64,000 bases of DNA, taken from positions 71,890 to 135,889 of the forward strand of contig CAJARJ010000005.1 in assembly GCA_903944345.1 (NCBI GenBank). Direction: 5' to 3'. The position numbers and the translations under genes are program-made. Below, piece by piece: positions 37,620 through 47,010 of the stretch (position 1 is its first letter; each line of letters starts with the position of its first letter). Origin of the DNA: Candidatus Omnitrophota bacterium. Lineage in GTDB: Bacteria > Omnitrophota > Gorgyraeia > Zapsychrales > Fredricksoniimonadaceae. The notes below the pieces were generated by a model. The model saw only the letters and a list, made by a program, of their open reading frames with translations, did not search any database and was not told the DNA's origin.

Positions 37620-38087
37620 ATGCGATATTTCTATCCCCTTATTCTTGTTTTTTCCCTGCTGACCATCTGCACTGGTCTGGCAGAGGCCAAAAAAATTAAA
37701 TGGGTTCAATATTACGGACCGAATCTTGTCAATATTCCCCAAGAAACCCGTATCTCCATAGAAAGTTCAACCGGACGGGCCTGGAGCAGCTATACCGTTC
37801 AGGAAAAGGCCGCCTTGCTGGATAAAAATGCTGCTGAACAGCGTAATGCAGAACTCAAGAAGAAACAACGTGCCAAAGCAGACAAACGGGCAGAAAAAGA
37901 CAAACAAGCCAAAAAGAAGGCTGAACTTAAGAAAATTAAAGACTGGGAAAAACGCGAAAAAGCACGAAAAAAAGCGATAGCAGACGCCAAAAAAGCAGAA
38001 GATAAAAAATTCCAGGATGCGATCGAGGAGAAAGAAAAAGCATTAAGAAAGCTGCACCAAAATCAGAACAAGCGTAAATACCGGTAG
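37620..38087 (+). CDS. Secreted lysine-rich coiled-coil protein (low complexity)
   Basis: Signal peptide MRYFYPLILVFSLLTICTGLAEA, then about 90 aa of K/E/A-rich repeats (KKKQRAKADKRAEKDKQAKKKAELKKIKDWEKREKARKKAIADAKKAEDKK). I prefer the ATG at 37620 to the track start 37569. Confidence 0.45.
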   Translation: MRYFYPLILVFSLLTICTGLAEAKKIKWVQYYGPNLVNIPQETRISIESSTGRAWSSYTVQEKAALLDKNAAEQRNAELKKKQRAKADKRAEKDKQAKKKAELKKIKDWEKREKARKKAIADAKKAEDKKFQDAIEEKEKALRKLHQNQNKRKYR

Positions 38088-38096
38088 CTCTACAAA

Positions 38097-38765
38097 ATGA
38101 ACCGCTCCCGAGAAATCAATTCAGTCATATTCGATATGGATGGTGTGATTACCCAAACCATGCCATTACATTGTCGCGTCTGGAAAAAAATATTTTCTGA
38201 AGAAGGCATCCACCTGACAAACTACCAGATTTACGAACGCGAAGGCCAAAAAGGGCTGGAAAGTGTCCGGGAAATCTTCGCACTTCATAATATTCCCTTT
38301 GATCTCAGCCGTGCCGGGAAGATGCTCGAAAGAAAAGAAACCCTCTTTAAAAGCCTTCGCCAGCAAACCCGTTTTATTCCCAACGCCCGCACTTTTATTC
38401 GTATGCTCAGAAAAAAGGGCCTGCACCTGGCGCTGGTATCGGGAACCAGCCGCCATGAGATCAACCACCTTCTGTCTGCCGATTTTTTGAAGAACTTCCG
38501 GGTCATTGTGTCGGGATCCGATGTCAGTAACGGAAAACCCCATCCGGAACCTTATCTTAAAGCCCTTGCGGCCCTGCGCCTGAAAAACAGCCAGGCAATT
38601 GTTATCGAAAACGCACCTTACGGAATTGCTTCGGCCAAAGCAGCCGGCCTGACCTGTTTTGCGGTCCAGACATCTCTGCCAGCCTCTTATCTGTCCCAGG
38701 CTGACTTTACATTCAGGGATATCAAGAGTATCGCGGGATTTCTCCAGGAGAAAAGATGGCTATAA
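38097..38765 (+). CDS. HAD-superfamily hydrolase (subfamily IA, beta-phosphoglucomutase-like)
   Basis: Motif I VIFDMDGVITQT, motif II LVSGTSR, and the C-terminal GSDVSNGKPHPEPY motif. Confidence 0.75.
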   Translation: MNRSREINSVIFDMDGVITQTMPLHCRVWKKIFSEEGIHLTNYQIYEREGQKGLESVREIFALHNIPFDLSRAGKMLERKETLFKSLRQQTRFIPNARTFIRMLRKKGLHLALVSGTSRHEINHLLSADFLKNFRVIVSGSDVSNGKPHPEPYLKALAALRLKNSQAIVIENAPYGIASAKAAGLTCFAVQTSLPASYLSQADFTFRDIKSIAGFLQEKRWL

Positions 38766-39610
38766 AACAACACCGTATTCTGCTGTTATGCAAAAGAAGT
38801 TCGCTGTCGCTGTCCCGGCGGCACGCCCCGGTTTTGAAAAATATGCCTCGTTTTAAAGATAACCACCTGGCCAATCGACAGAGCCAGGCTGCCGTTGAAA
38901 AAGTCCTGCGCAACAGAAATATTCCTTTTGACAAGAAGCATCGTCCCGATACCATCGACTATTCCCGTTATTCCATTGTTATAACAGTCGGGGGAGACGG
39001 CACTTTCCTGCAGGCAGCACGCCAGGCCGGAGGCAAGCACCTGTTATTAGGCGTCAACTCCGATCCGGACTGGAGCGTGGGACAATTCTGCCGGGCCAAT
39101 GCAAGAAACTTTCATCATTTTCTTGAGCGCATCTTGGCCGGAAACGCAGAAATCAAAAAACTTTATAAACTGGCTCTCAGACTGACCGCTGCCGGGCGTC
39201 GCCTGGATATCGAATGCCTCAACGATATTCTGGTCTGCCACGCCAATCCTGCGGGCATGAGTCGTTATGCCATAACAATCAACGGACACTCGGAAGAACA
39301 TCGAAGTTCAGGAATATGGATCTCTTCAGCCGCAGGCTCTACCGGAGCCATGCTTTCGGCAGGAGGAAAAATCCTTCCGCTGGAAAGCCGCGACATCCAG
39401 TACCGTCCCCGCGAACTGTATCATACAAGACACGAAAAATACTCTTTAACCGGGGGAGTGCTCGCTTCGCCAGCCTCGATTCTTGTCCGCTCCCATATGC
39501 CGCACGGGAAAATCTTTGTCGACGGAAGCCATGTCAAATTCCCGTTTACATATAACAGTACGGCTTTAATTTCCGCTTCATCCCGGTTTGTACAACTCGT
39601 TCATGCTTGA
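38756..39610 (+). CDS. nadK: NAD(+) kinase
   Basis: GGDGT motif (VITVGGDGTFLQAAR) and the conserved ..ISSAAGSTGAMLSAGG.. motif. Confidence 0.7.
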   Translation: MAIKQHRILLLCKRSSLSLSRRHAPVLKNMPRFKDNHLANRQSQAAVEKVLRNRNIPFDKKHRPDTIDYSRYSIVITVGGDGTFLQAARQAGGKHLLLGVNSDPDWSVGQFCRANARNFHHFLERILAGNAEIKKLYKLALRLTAAGRRLDIECLNDILVCHANPAGMSRYAITINGHSEEHRSSGIWISSAAGSTGAMLSAGGKILPLESRDIQYRPRELYHTRHEKYSLTGGVLASPASILVRSHMPHGKIFVDGSHVKFPFTYNSTALISASSRFVQLVHA

Positions 39611-40700
39611 ACATCTGGATTCTTCTTTCTCCAAACTGCTACTGCAATGGTATGACCGCAATGCCCGCGATCTGCCCTGGCGCCGTTCGAGCGATCCTTA
39701 TCATATCTGGATATCCGAGATCATGCTGCAGCAAACTACGGTTAAAGCGGTGCTGGGATACTACGAACGCTGGCTGAAAGAATTTCCCGATATAAGAACA
39801 GTTGCTGCGGCTGATATCAGCTCAATTCTTAAAGCGTGGCAGGGTCTTGGTTATTACACCCGCGCCCGCAATATCCACCGGGCCGCACAGATAATGCTGA
39901 GTATTCACGACGGGAAAGTACCATCCGACGCCGGGAAACTGAAAGAAATTCCGGGTTTCGGCCCCTATACGCTGGCCGCAGTCCTGAGCATTGCCTTTCA
40001 CAAACCTGTAGCGGTTGTAGATGCCAATGTCAGAAGGGTTGTTTTACGCCTGGCGGCTATCAAAGAAACCCCCGGATCCGGTTTCGACCTTAAAATACAA
40101 AACAGTCTCTCCGGCATTATTTCTTTAAAACGACCAGGCGATTTCAACCAGGCCATGATGGAACTCGGTGCCACGGTATGTAGATCGAAAGAGCCTGTCT
40201 GCAATCTTTGTCCGGTTCGTAAAGTGTGCCTGGCCTTTAAAGCTGGCATCCAGGAAACGATTCCTCAGCCGAAAACAACCGAAACGATAGATATCAAGGC
40301 TGTTGTTGGATTGATTATTAACAATAAAAAAGAAATCTTCATTCAAAAGAGACCGGAGAAAGGTTTGCTGGCCGGACTCTGGGAATTTCCTGGCGGCAAG
40401 GTTGAAACCGGAGAATCTCTGACAACAGCCTTAAAACGCGAACTAAAAGAAGAACTTGATCTTAACCCGGAAGATTTGATAGTAGGCCAAGAATTATGTT
40501 CGGTAACACATTATTATACAAAATTCCGGGTGAGACTTACGGCTTTTTGTTGCAAAACAAAAAAGGGAGCATGTTTGGTTACAACAAATGAGGGGCAATG
40601 GGTGAAACTTTCCAGGATGGCTGAGTATCCGATGCCATCAGGAAGTGCAAAAATTCTGGATCATCTGGGGTCTCCAGAGCACGCCAGCAACTTCCTATAA
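39603..40700 (+). CDS. mutY: A/G-specific adenine DNA glycosylase MutY with a C-terminal NUDIX-like domain
   Basis: HhH-GPD core (..LLQWYDRNARDLPWRR.., QGLGYYTRARN), [4Fe-4S] Cys cluster (CRSKEPVCNLCPVRKVC) and a C-terminal MutT-like domain. The start is probably the ATG at 39603 (MLEHL..). Confidence 0.8.
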   Translation: MLEHLDSSFSKLLLQWYDRNARDLPWRRSSDPYHIWISEIMLQQTTVKAVLGYYERWLKEFPDIRTVAAADISSILKAWQGLGYYTRARNIHRAAQIMLSIHDGKVPSDAGKLKEIPGFGPYTLAAVLSIAFHKPVAVVDANVRRVVLRLAAIKETPGSGFDLKIQNSLSGIISLKRPGDFNQAMMELGATVCRSKEPVCNLCPVRKVCLAFKAGIQETIPQPKTTETIDIKAVVGLIINNKKEIFIQKRPEKGLLAGLWEFPGGKVETGESLTTALKRELKEELDLNPEDLIVGQELCSVTHYYTKFRVRLTAFCCKTKKGACLVTTNEGQWVKLSRMAEYPMPSGSAKILDHLGSPEHASNFL

Positions 40701-40738
40701 TACATATTATGTAAACTAGAAGGAGAGAAAAAGAACCT

Positions 40739-42844
40739 TCAGCCTCGCTTTAAAATAACACCTTTGATTTTAGGTAATTGCGCCCTGGCAGCGGCTTCTC
40801 CTCGCTCGATCAGAGCATCCACCTTGTAAAGTTCATACCACTGCAACCCCTCAAGATCCGGATGAATAACGACATCGGCCTTCTTGGCACTTTCGTTGGC
40901 AATTAACGCCTCTGAGGCTTCCAGCGTTCTAACGATTATGTCTGAAATATTCGGAAAGCAGTACTTGTTAAACCAGAACTTCATCCTCGTATCGATAAAG
41001 AACCAGGGATCAACCAGAAAAGGCGTTTCGAGCGCAGCATTAAGCACCTTACGCGTCTGATGATAACTGTTAATAACGTCTTCCGATGACTGCAGGACAT
41101 TGACCGCTATAATGCGCTTGATATTGCCGCTCGCCAGAACATTAGTCGGCAGGGGATTCATGACTCCCCCGTCTATGACAATCTGATCCTGTTCAAGGAT
41201 AGGCTGAAAGACCCCCGGAATGGAGATGCTTTTGCGCACCGCCTCAACCAATGAGCCGGTTTCCAGAATAACGTCCTGTCGATGAATCAGGTCATAGGCA
41301 ACAATCTTGATGGGAATCCTGGCATCACGAAACGTTTTATCGCCATATTTCGAACGCAGCCAGGCCATAATGGCTTTGCCGCTGATTAAACCTGAAAGAG
41401 GAAAAACAAAATCCATCAGCTTGAAAAGATCGGATTTCTTGCGAAATTCGTTGGCGGCTTTTGTAAGATCAGCCGCAGAATATCCAATAGCCCAAAGTCC
41501 GCCAATCAAGGCCCCCATAGAACTGCCGACAATGATATCAACAGGAATACCTTCTTCCTCCAAAACCTTTATAACACCAATATGTGCCAGGCCAAAAGCC
41601 GCTCCGCCGCCAAGCACCAGCCCGACCGAAACCCCCGCCATATGACGGACAATCCCGGTTAGAATCTTCTGATAGGACGATTGTTGTTTTATCGAAGTAA
41701 AAGCGATATCCTGCGTATCGATCTGCTCGGCGAGATCCTCCGGCGCGAGATGCGGCAAATAGGCTAACACGTCAAAATCCAGCAGAGCCCGCACTTCCGG
41801 CTCGGATAATGCACTGGATAAATCCTCAGTACCGCCCACCAGAACCTTGATCCGGTCGGCATTAAAATCCTCATCCAAAGATTGCTCCAGACGATCGAGG
41901 ATCACCCGTCCATCCACCAAAGATTCGCGATCTCGCCCCATCACTAAATGAACACAGTCCGACTGGGAAAGAGTCTTGATAACAACATCATCCATGTCGC
42001 TGGGCAAATCAACAATAATATAACGATACTCATTAATAAAACCGTTAACAAAATCACTCATATTAAGAACAACGTCAACATCTTTGGGGTCAAAAACGAC
42101 ATTCAGCAGATCCAGCCCGAACTCTGCCTGCTTGAGGGCGGAAGGTACAGTTTGCTCAAAGTCTTCCGCCAGTGTTTTCAGGTCAGCTGGATCACGCCTC
42201 CAGACCGGACTAAGTCCGGGCAGGAAAGTAGGCTCTCCGCTGGCAGGAGAACGTGCATGCCCCTCTGCGGAACGTATGGAAACCAGAATAACCCTGTCAT
42301 TGGTTTCCCGGCGCAAAGTCAGCGCCAGATTAAGTGCGTAAGTGGATCCTCCCCCGCCGACCATAGGACTGTAAACAGAAATCAGCATGCTGCGGGAAAC
42401 ATTGTCCTTGGTCACACGGCTCCGGATGCGCTGGGAAAGCACCTTGCTGAACTTGACACCCAGCCCCGGATTCCAGGTCAACTGCCTGCGAAAATTTTCG
42501 ACGCTAATACGAAAAATGATTGAATCATTGATGGCTTCGAAAGTCTGGGAATGCTTCTCTCCTGTCAGAGCCGAAATAATTCCGAAAAACATGCCCCGAT
42601 GAACAAACTCAACATCATCTTTCTTGCCGTCTGAATCCGTTCTGAATGCCTGCAAACGACCGGAGACAAGAAAGAATACAAAATCCGGAGAATTGCCCTC
42701 TCTGGAAACACAATCCCCTTTGCGATAACGAACAACGTCTCCGCAACGGGCAATACTTTGAACCTGCAGCCAGCCCAGCGAGGCAAAAACCGGAATCTTT
42801 CGGACAATACCAATCCTCTTGATAAGAGAAGGAATAGTGAACAT
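40739..42844 (-). CDS. Cyclic-nucleotide-binding-domain patatin-like phospholipase (NTE/RssA-like)
   Basis: N-terminal cNMP-binding domain. Patatin GxGxxG oxyanion hole (LGGGAAFGLAHIG), GxSxG nucleophile (GSSMGALIG) and the DGG motif. Confidence 0.8.
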   Translation of the reverse strand: MFTIPSLIKRIGIVRKIPVFASLGWLQVQSIARCGDVVRYRKGDCVSREGNSPDFVFFLVSGRLQAFRTDSDGKKDDVEFVHRGMFFGIISALTGEKHSQTFEAINDSIIFRISVENFRRQLTWNPGLGVKFSKVLSQRIRSRVTKDNVSRSMLISVYSPMVGGGGSTYALNLALTLRRETNDRVILVSIRSAEGHARSPASGEPTFLPGLSPVWRRDPADLKTLAEDFEQTVPSALKQAEFGLDLLNVVFDPKDVDVVLNMSDFVNGFINEYRYIIVDLPSDMDDVVIKTLSQSDCVHLVMGRDRESLVDGRVILDRLEQSLDEDFNADRIKVLVGGTEDLSSALSEPEVRALLDFDVLAYLPHLAPEDLAEQIDTQDIAFTSIKQQSSYQKILTGIVRHMAGVSVGLVLGGGAAFGLAHIGVIKVLEEEGIPVDIIVGSSMGALIGGLWAIGYSAADLTKAANEFRKKSDLFKLMDFVFPLSGLISGKAIMAWLRSKYGDKTFRDARIPIKIVAYDLIHRQDVILETGSLVEAVRKSISIPGVFQPILEQDQIVIDGGVMNPLPTNVLASGNIKRIIAVNVLQSSEDVINSYHQTRKVLNAALETPFLVDPWFFIDTRMKFWFNKYCFPNISDIIVRTLEASEALIANESAKKADVVIHPDLEGLQWYELYKVDALIERGEAAARAQLPKIKGVILKRG

Positions 42845-42849
42845 GAATT

Positions 42850-43704
42850 CTAGCGCCCCAAAGCCTTGTTAACCAGCCAGGCATACCACTCAAAAGGAAT
42901 CAGTCGATAGCAGGCCAAACGCATTTTTTGATGCCATCCTATAAGATGTCGCAACGCCGGGGCGGATGAAGCAACAATGTCCACAACAGCAAGAGCGACT
43001 TCCCGCGGGTCACGAGTGTTGGTCTGGATATGCTTTGCCACAAGCTCTTTCAAACGCATGCTCGATTCAAAATAAGGACTGCGTGGATTATTAAAATTAG
43101 AGCCATAACGCGCATTGGACTCGAAAATACGCGTACGATAAGAACCGGGCTCAACCAGTGAAACCTTGATACCCAATGGAGCCAACTCCATAAACAAACA
43201 CTCTGAGAAGCCCTCTAAAGCCCACTTGCTGGAACAATAGGCACTAAAACAGGGAGTTCCGGAAAATGCTGACATACTGGATATATTAATGATCTGGCCG
43301 CTGCGGCGCGGACGCATCAAGGGAAGGACTTCGCGAGTGACATTAAGTACACCAAAAAAATTCACATCAAACTGCGCACGAAAATCTTCGGTAGTAACAT
43401 CCTCAAAAAAACCCCCGAGACCAAAACCGGCATTATTAACCAGCACGTCAATAACCCCGTCCTGTTCCACCACGGTAATAACCGCCGCCCGGATGCTTTC
43501 GGGCTTGGTCACATCCAGAGTCAGCAGTTTTATATTCTTTTCACATTTACGATAACGGGCCAAAGCAAGAAGATCCGAACTACGTCCCGTATGCCGCATG
43601 GTGGCATAAACCTTGTGCCCGAGAGCCGCCAACTCGACACAAATATGCATACCAAACCCGCTTGACGCTCCTGTAACCAGGATAACCTTTCCACGTTTAT
43701 TCAT
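42850..43704 (-). CDS. Short-chain dehydrogenase/reductase (SDR) family oxidoreductase
   Basis: TGASSGFG NAD(P)-binding motif and a YxxxK-type catalytic region (SAYCSSK). The ATG at 43704 is preferred over the TTG at 43710. Confidence 0.75.
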   Translation of the reverse strand: MNKRGKVILVTGASSGFGMHICVELAALGHKVYATMRHTGRSSDLLALARYRKCEKNIKLLTLDVTKPESIRAAVITVVEQDGVIDVLVNNAGFGLGGFFEDVTTEDFRAQFDVNFFGVLNVTREVLPLMRPRRSGQIINISSMSAFSGTPCFSAYCSSKWALEGFSECLFMELAPLGIKVSLVEPGSYRTRIFESNARYGSNFNNPRSPYFESSMRLKELVAKHIQTNTRDPREVALAVVDIVASSAPALRHLIGWHQKMRLACYRLIPFEWYAWLVNKALGR

Positions 43705-43716
43705 AGGCAAGAAGAA

Positions 43717-44781
43717 TCAGGCAATTGTTTTCTGAATAAGGATAGCATCGGCTATAACCAAGGCTGCCATAGCCTCAATTACAGGAACCATACGCGGGCA
43801 AAGACAAGGATCATGGCGACCCTTGATCTCGATCTGGGAAACCTGCATGCTCCTGTTGACAGCATTCTGCCGGGAAGCAATCGAAGACGTCGGCTTAACG
43901 GCTGCCCGAAAAACAACCGCATCACCGTTGGATATACCACCAACGATACCGCCGGCAAAATTATGTACCGTAGACGGACGGCCGTTCTGAACAACAACTT
44001 CATCATTATGCTGGGAACCGTACATTCCTGCCGCCGCAAAACCTGAACCGAACTCGATACCCTTGATGGAGCCAACAGACAAAACCGCATGCGCAAGCTT
44101 CGCTTCCAGCTTGTCGAAAACCGGATCACCCAAACCCGCAGGAAGGCCGATGATCTGAGCCTCCACTATTCCGCCAACGGAGTCCCCCGCATCGCGAGCC
44201 TCGATAATTTTACGAACCATTTCTTGCGCCACCGCTGCATGCGGCGCTCTGACCGGATTTTTCTCAATCTCGGAAAAGTCCACGGAAGGAACAGAAATAC
44301 CCCCTAGCGCGAGAGTATAAGCCGTGACTGAAATATTCCGGGCGGCAAGAAACTTTCTGGCCACCGCACCCGCAGCCACCCGTGCTGCCGTTTCGCGGCC
44401 GGAAGAACGCCCCCCTCCTCTGTGATCCCTGATACCAAATTTGCTCAGAAATGTATAATCAGCATGCCCGGGACGAAAGAAGTCCTGAATATTGCTATAG
44501 TCCTGTGAACGCTGATCATTGTTGCGGATAAGTATGGCCAAAGGAGTGCCCGTAGTTTTCCCCTCAAAAACACCGGAAAGAATCTCAGCTCTGTCACTTT
44601 CTTTACGGGGAGTGGTCACTTCACTCTGACCAGGCTTGCGGCGATCCAGGTCTTTCTGAATATCTTCAGACGAAAGAAGCATTCCGGGGGGAACACCGTC
44701 AATCACGCAACCAAGACCGGCGCCATGACTTTCACCAAAAGTCGTCACTCTGAACACATCACCGAATATATTTCCTGCCAT
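43717..44781 (-). CDS. aroC: Chorismate synthase
   Basis: N-terminus GNIFGDVFRVTTFGESHGAGLGCVIDGVPPG and the full-length AroC fold. Confidence 0.9.
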   Translation of the reverse strand: MAGNIFGDVFRVTTFGESHGAGLGCVIDGVPPGMLLSSEDIQKDLDRRKPGQSEVTTPRKESDRAEILSGVFEGKTTGTPLAILIRNNDQRSQDYSNIQDFFRPGHADYTFLSKFGIRDHRGGGRSSGRETAARVAAGAVARKFLAARNISVTAYTLALGGISVPSVDFSEIEKNPVRAPHAAVAQEMVRKIIEARDAGDSVGGIVEAQIIGLPAGLGDPVFDKLEAKLAHAVLSVGSIKGIEFGSGFAAAGMYGSQHNDEVVVQNGRPSTVHNFAGGIVGGISNGDAVVFRAAVKPTSSIASRQNAVNRSMQVSQIEIKGRHDPCLCPRMVPVIEAMAALVIADAILIQKTIA

Positions 44782-44909
44782 AAGCGTCCCCGGTTCCCAT
44801 CAAAGATAACGACTTATTTTATCGCTATCCGTAACAATAGCAAGCCTTACCCGAAGAATAATCCCGGATACCCCCCCTTCTTCATATAAAAAGGAAAGCC
44901 AGGGTTAAA

Positions 44910-45521
44910 CTACTGAAGCCAGGGTTTGCCAGCGGCAATGGACTGCTCATAAGAAGCAATCTTGTCAGAATACTGCAGGGACCACGCAATCTGATCAAGC
45001 CCCTTAAGCAGGCATTCCTTGTTAAATGCATCGATCACAAAAGAATATTTCTTGCCAGCAGCCGAAACCACCTGTTTATCCAGATCCACAGCGACTTGTC
45101 CGGGCGTTTTCTGCGAAGCAACAGCAAAAAGCTCATCCATTTCCTGGGGATTAAGACGCACCAGAAGAATGCCGTTCTTGATACAGTTGTTATAAAAGAT
45201 ATCCGCAAAACCGGGGGCAATAATACAGCGAAAACCAAAATCATAAAGAGCCCAGGGAGCATGTTCACGCGAAGACCCACAACCAAAGTTGTCGCGGGCA
45301 AGCAGGATGACTGAACGACGAAACGGCTCCTGATTAAGCACAAAATCCGGATTCTCACGAGTTCCTTCATAATCCTGGAAACGCCATTCGTGAAAAAGAT
45401 GTTTGCCAAAACCACTGCGTTCAATCTTTCTCAAAAACTGCTTTGGAATAATCGCGTCAGTGTCCACATTAGAGCGGTCAAGCGGAGCTGCTATTCCCGT
45501 CAAAGTCGCAAAAGGTTGCAT
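44910..45521 (-). CDS. leuD: 3-isopropylmalate dehydratase small subunit
   Basis: 203 aa with the LeuD/aconitase swivel domain (..VDTDAIIPKQFL..). Confidence 0.9.
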   Translation of the reverse strand: MQPFATLTGIAAPLDRSNVDTDAIIPKQFLRKIERSGFGKHLFHEWRFQDYEGTRENPDFVLNQEPFRRSVILLARDNFGCGSSREHAPWALYDFGFRCIIAPGFADIFYNNCIKNGILLVRLNPQEMDELFAVASQKTPGQVAVDLDKQVVSAAGKKYSFVIDAFNKECLLKGLDQIAWSLQYSDKIASYEQSIAAGKPWLQ

Positions 45522-45524
45522 GTT

Positions 45525-46937
45525 TTATCCTCTCTTCATAAATTCGCGGATATCGGTTATCTTTCCCGTGAGTGCCGCCGCAGCCGCCATAACCGGACTG
45601 ACCAGATGCGTCCGCCCCCCGGCCCCCTGACGCCCTTCAAAATTCCGGTTGGAGGTAGCCGCACAACGCTGCCCCGGCTTTAGCTGATCGTCATTCATCG
45701 CCAGACACATTGAACAACCGGCAAAGCGCCATTCAAATCCAGCAGCCAGGAAAATCTTGTCCAGAGACTCTTTTTCCGCCTGCCGCCTGACACGTCCGGA
45801 TCCAGGAACAATGATTGCCTGGACACCTGCGGCAACCTTGCGGCCTTTGACAAGCTGGGCAACCGCCCGCAAATCTTCAATACGCCCGTTTGTGCATGAT
45901 CCGATAAAAACAACATCAACCTTGATGTCGGTAATGTTCGTGCCTGGCACAAGATCCATATACTTCAAAGCATTTCTGGCGGCAACCTGCGCTACAGGGT
46001 CAGTAATAGATTCCGGACGGGGAACCCTGGAATCGACAGCGGCAACCTGTCCGGGACTGGTCCCCCAGGTAACCTGAGGCGCAATATTCTCGGCATTAAA
46101 GACAAGTGTCTTGTCGAAAACAGCGTCCGGATCGCTGCGGAAAGTTTTCCAGGAAGCAACGGCTTTAACCCAGTGATCGCCTTTTGGCGAAAGATCCCGG
46201 CCTTGCAAATAAGTAAAAGTTACATCATCCGGAGCGACCATTCCCGCCCTGGCGCCGGCTTCAATCGACATATTGCAGACCGTCATCCGTCCTTCCATGG
46301 ACATATCGGTAATAACATCTCCGGTATATTCGATCACATAGCCGGTGGCTCCGGCCGTGCCGATCTGACCGATAACATAAAGAATAACATCCTTGGGAGT
46401 GACCCCAAAAGCGAGCTTCCCGTCAATACGAATCTGCATGGTTGGTGAAGGTTTCTGCTGGAGAGTCTGTGTGGCCAAAACATGTTCCACTTCAGAGGTG
46501 CCAATACCGAACGCCAGCGCCCCAAAAGCACCGTGAGTGGCCGTATGCGAATCCCCGCAAACAATGATCATCCCCGGCTGGGTGATGCCCAGTTCAGGTC
46601 CGATAATATGAACTATCCCGTTATCTTCGTGATTAAAATTGAAACAACTGATGCCGAATTCGGCACAATTTTTCTCCAGCTGGGTCATCTGAATCCTGGA
46701 CTCGGGACCCGCCAGCGCCAAATCCTTGCTTTTGGTCGGAATATTGTGATCCATAGTTGCAAAAGTCTTGCCGGGACAACGAACCTTGCGCCCTGTCATC
46801 CGCAAACCTTCGAAAGCTTGCGGACTGGTCACCTCATGAACAAGCTGACGATCCACATAAAGTAAAGAAGCCGTCTTGTCCTTGCCATCCATAACCAGAT
46901 GAGCATCCCATATCTTCTGATATAACGTTTTCCCCAT
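45525..46937 (-). CDS. leuC: 3-isopropylmalate dehydratase large subunit
   Basis: Aconitase-family catalytic domain with cluster Cys ligands. The start is moved to the ATG at 46937 ([15 protein letters not shown]) with a GGAGAA ribosome-binding site. The track start 47024 is a TTG. Confidence 0.9.
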   Translation of the reverse strand: MGKTLYQKIWDAHLVMDGKDKTASLLYVDRQLVHEVTSPQAFEGLRMTGRKVRCPGKTFATMDHNIPTKSKDLALAGPESRIQMTQLEKNCAEFGISCFNFNHEDNGIVHIIGPELGITQPGMIIVCGDSHTATHGAFGALAFGIGTSEVEHVLATQTLQQKPSPTMQIRIDGKLAFGVTPKDVILYVIGQIGTAGATGYVIEYTGDVITDMSMEGRMTVCNMSIEAGARAGMVAPDDVTFTYLQGRDLSPKGDHWVKAVASWKTFRSDPDAVFDKTLVFNAENIAPQVTWGTSPGQVAAVDSRVPRPESITDPVAQVAARNALKYMDLVPGTNITDIKVDVVFIGSCTNGRIEDLRAVAQLVKGRKVAAGVQAIIVPGSGRVRRQAEKESLDKIFLAAGFEWRFAGCSMCLAMNDDQLKPGQRCAATSNRNFEGRQGAGGRTHLVSPVMAAAAALTGKITDIREFMKRG

Positions 46938-47010
46938 ATATTCTCCAGTGATTGAAACAGACCCGAACAAGTACGATAATAACAAAATTATTCTTATTAT
47001 AATGTTATGG

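Noticed and set aside
41307-42523. Plus-strand ORFs inside the patatin-like phospholipase gene
   Set aside because: Antisense to a gene with cNMP-binding and patatin motifs.
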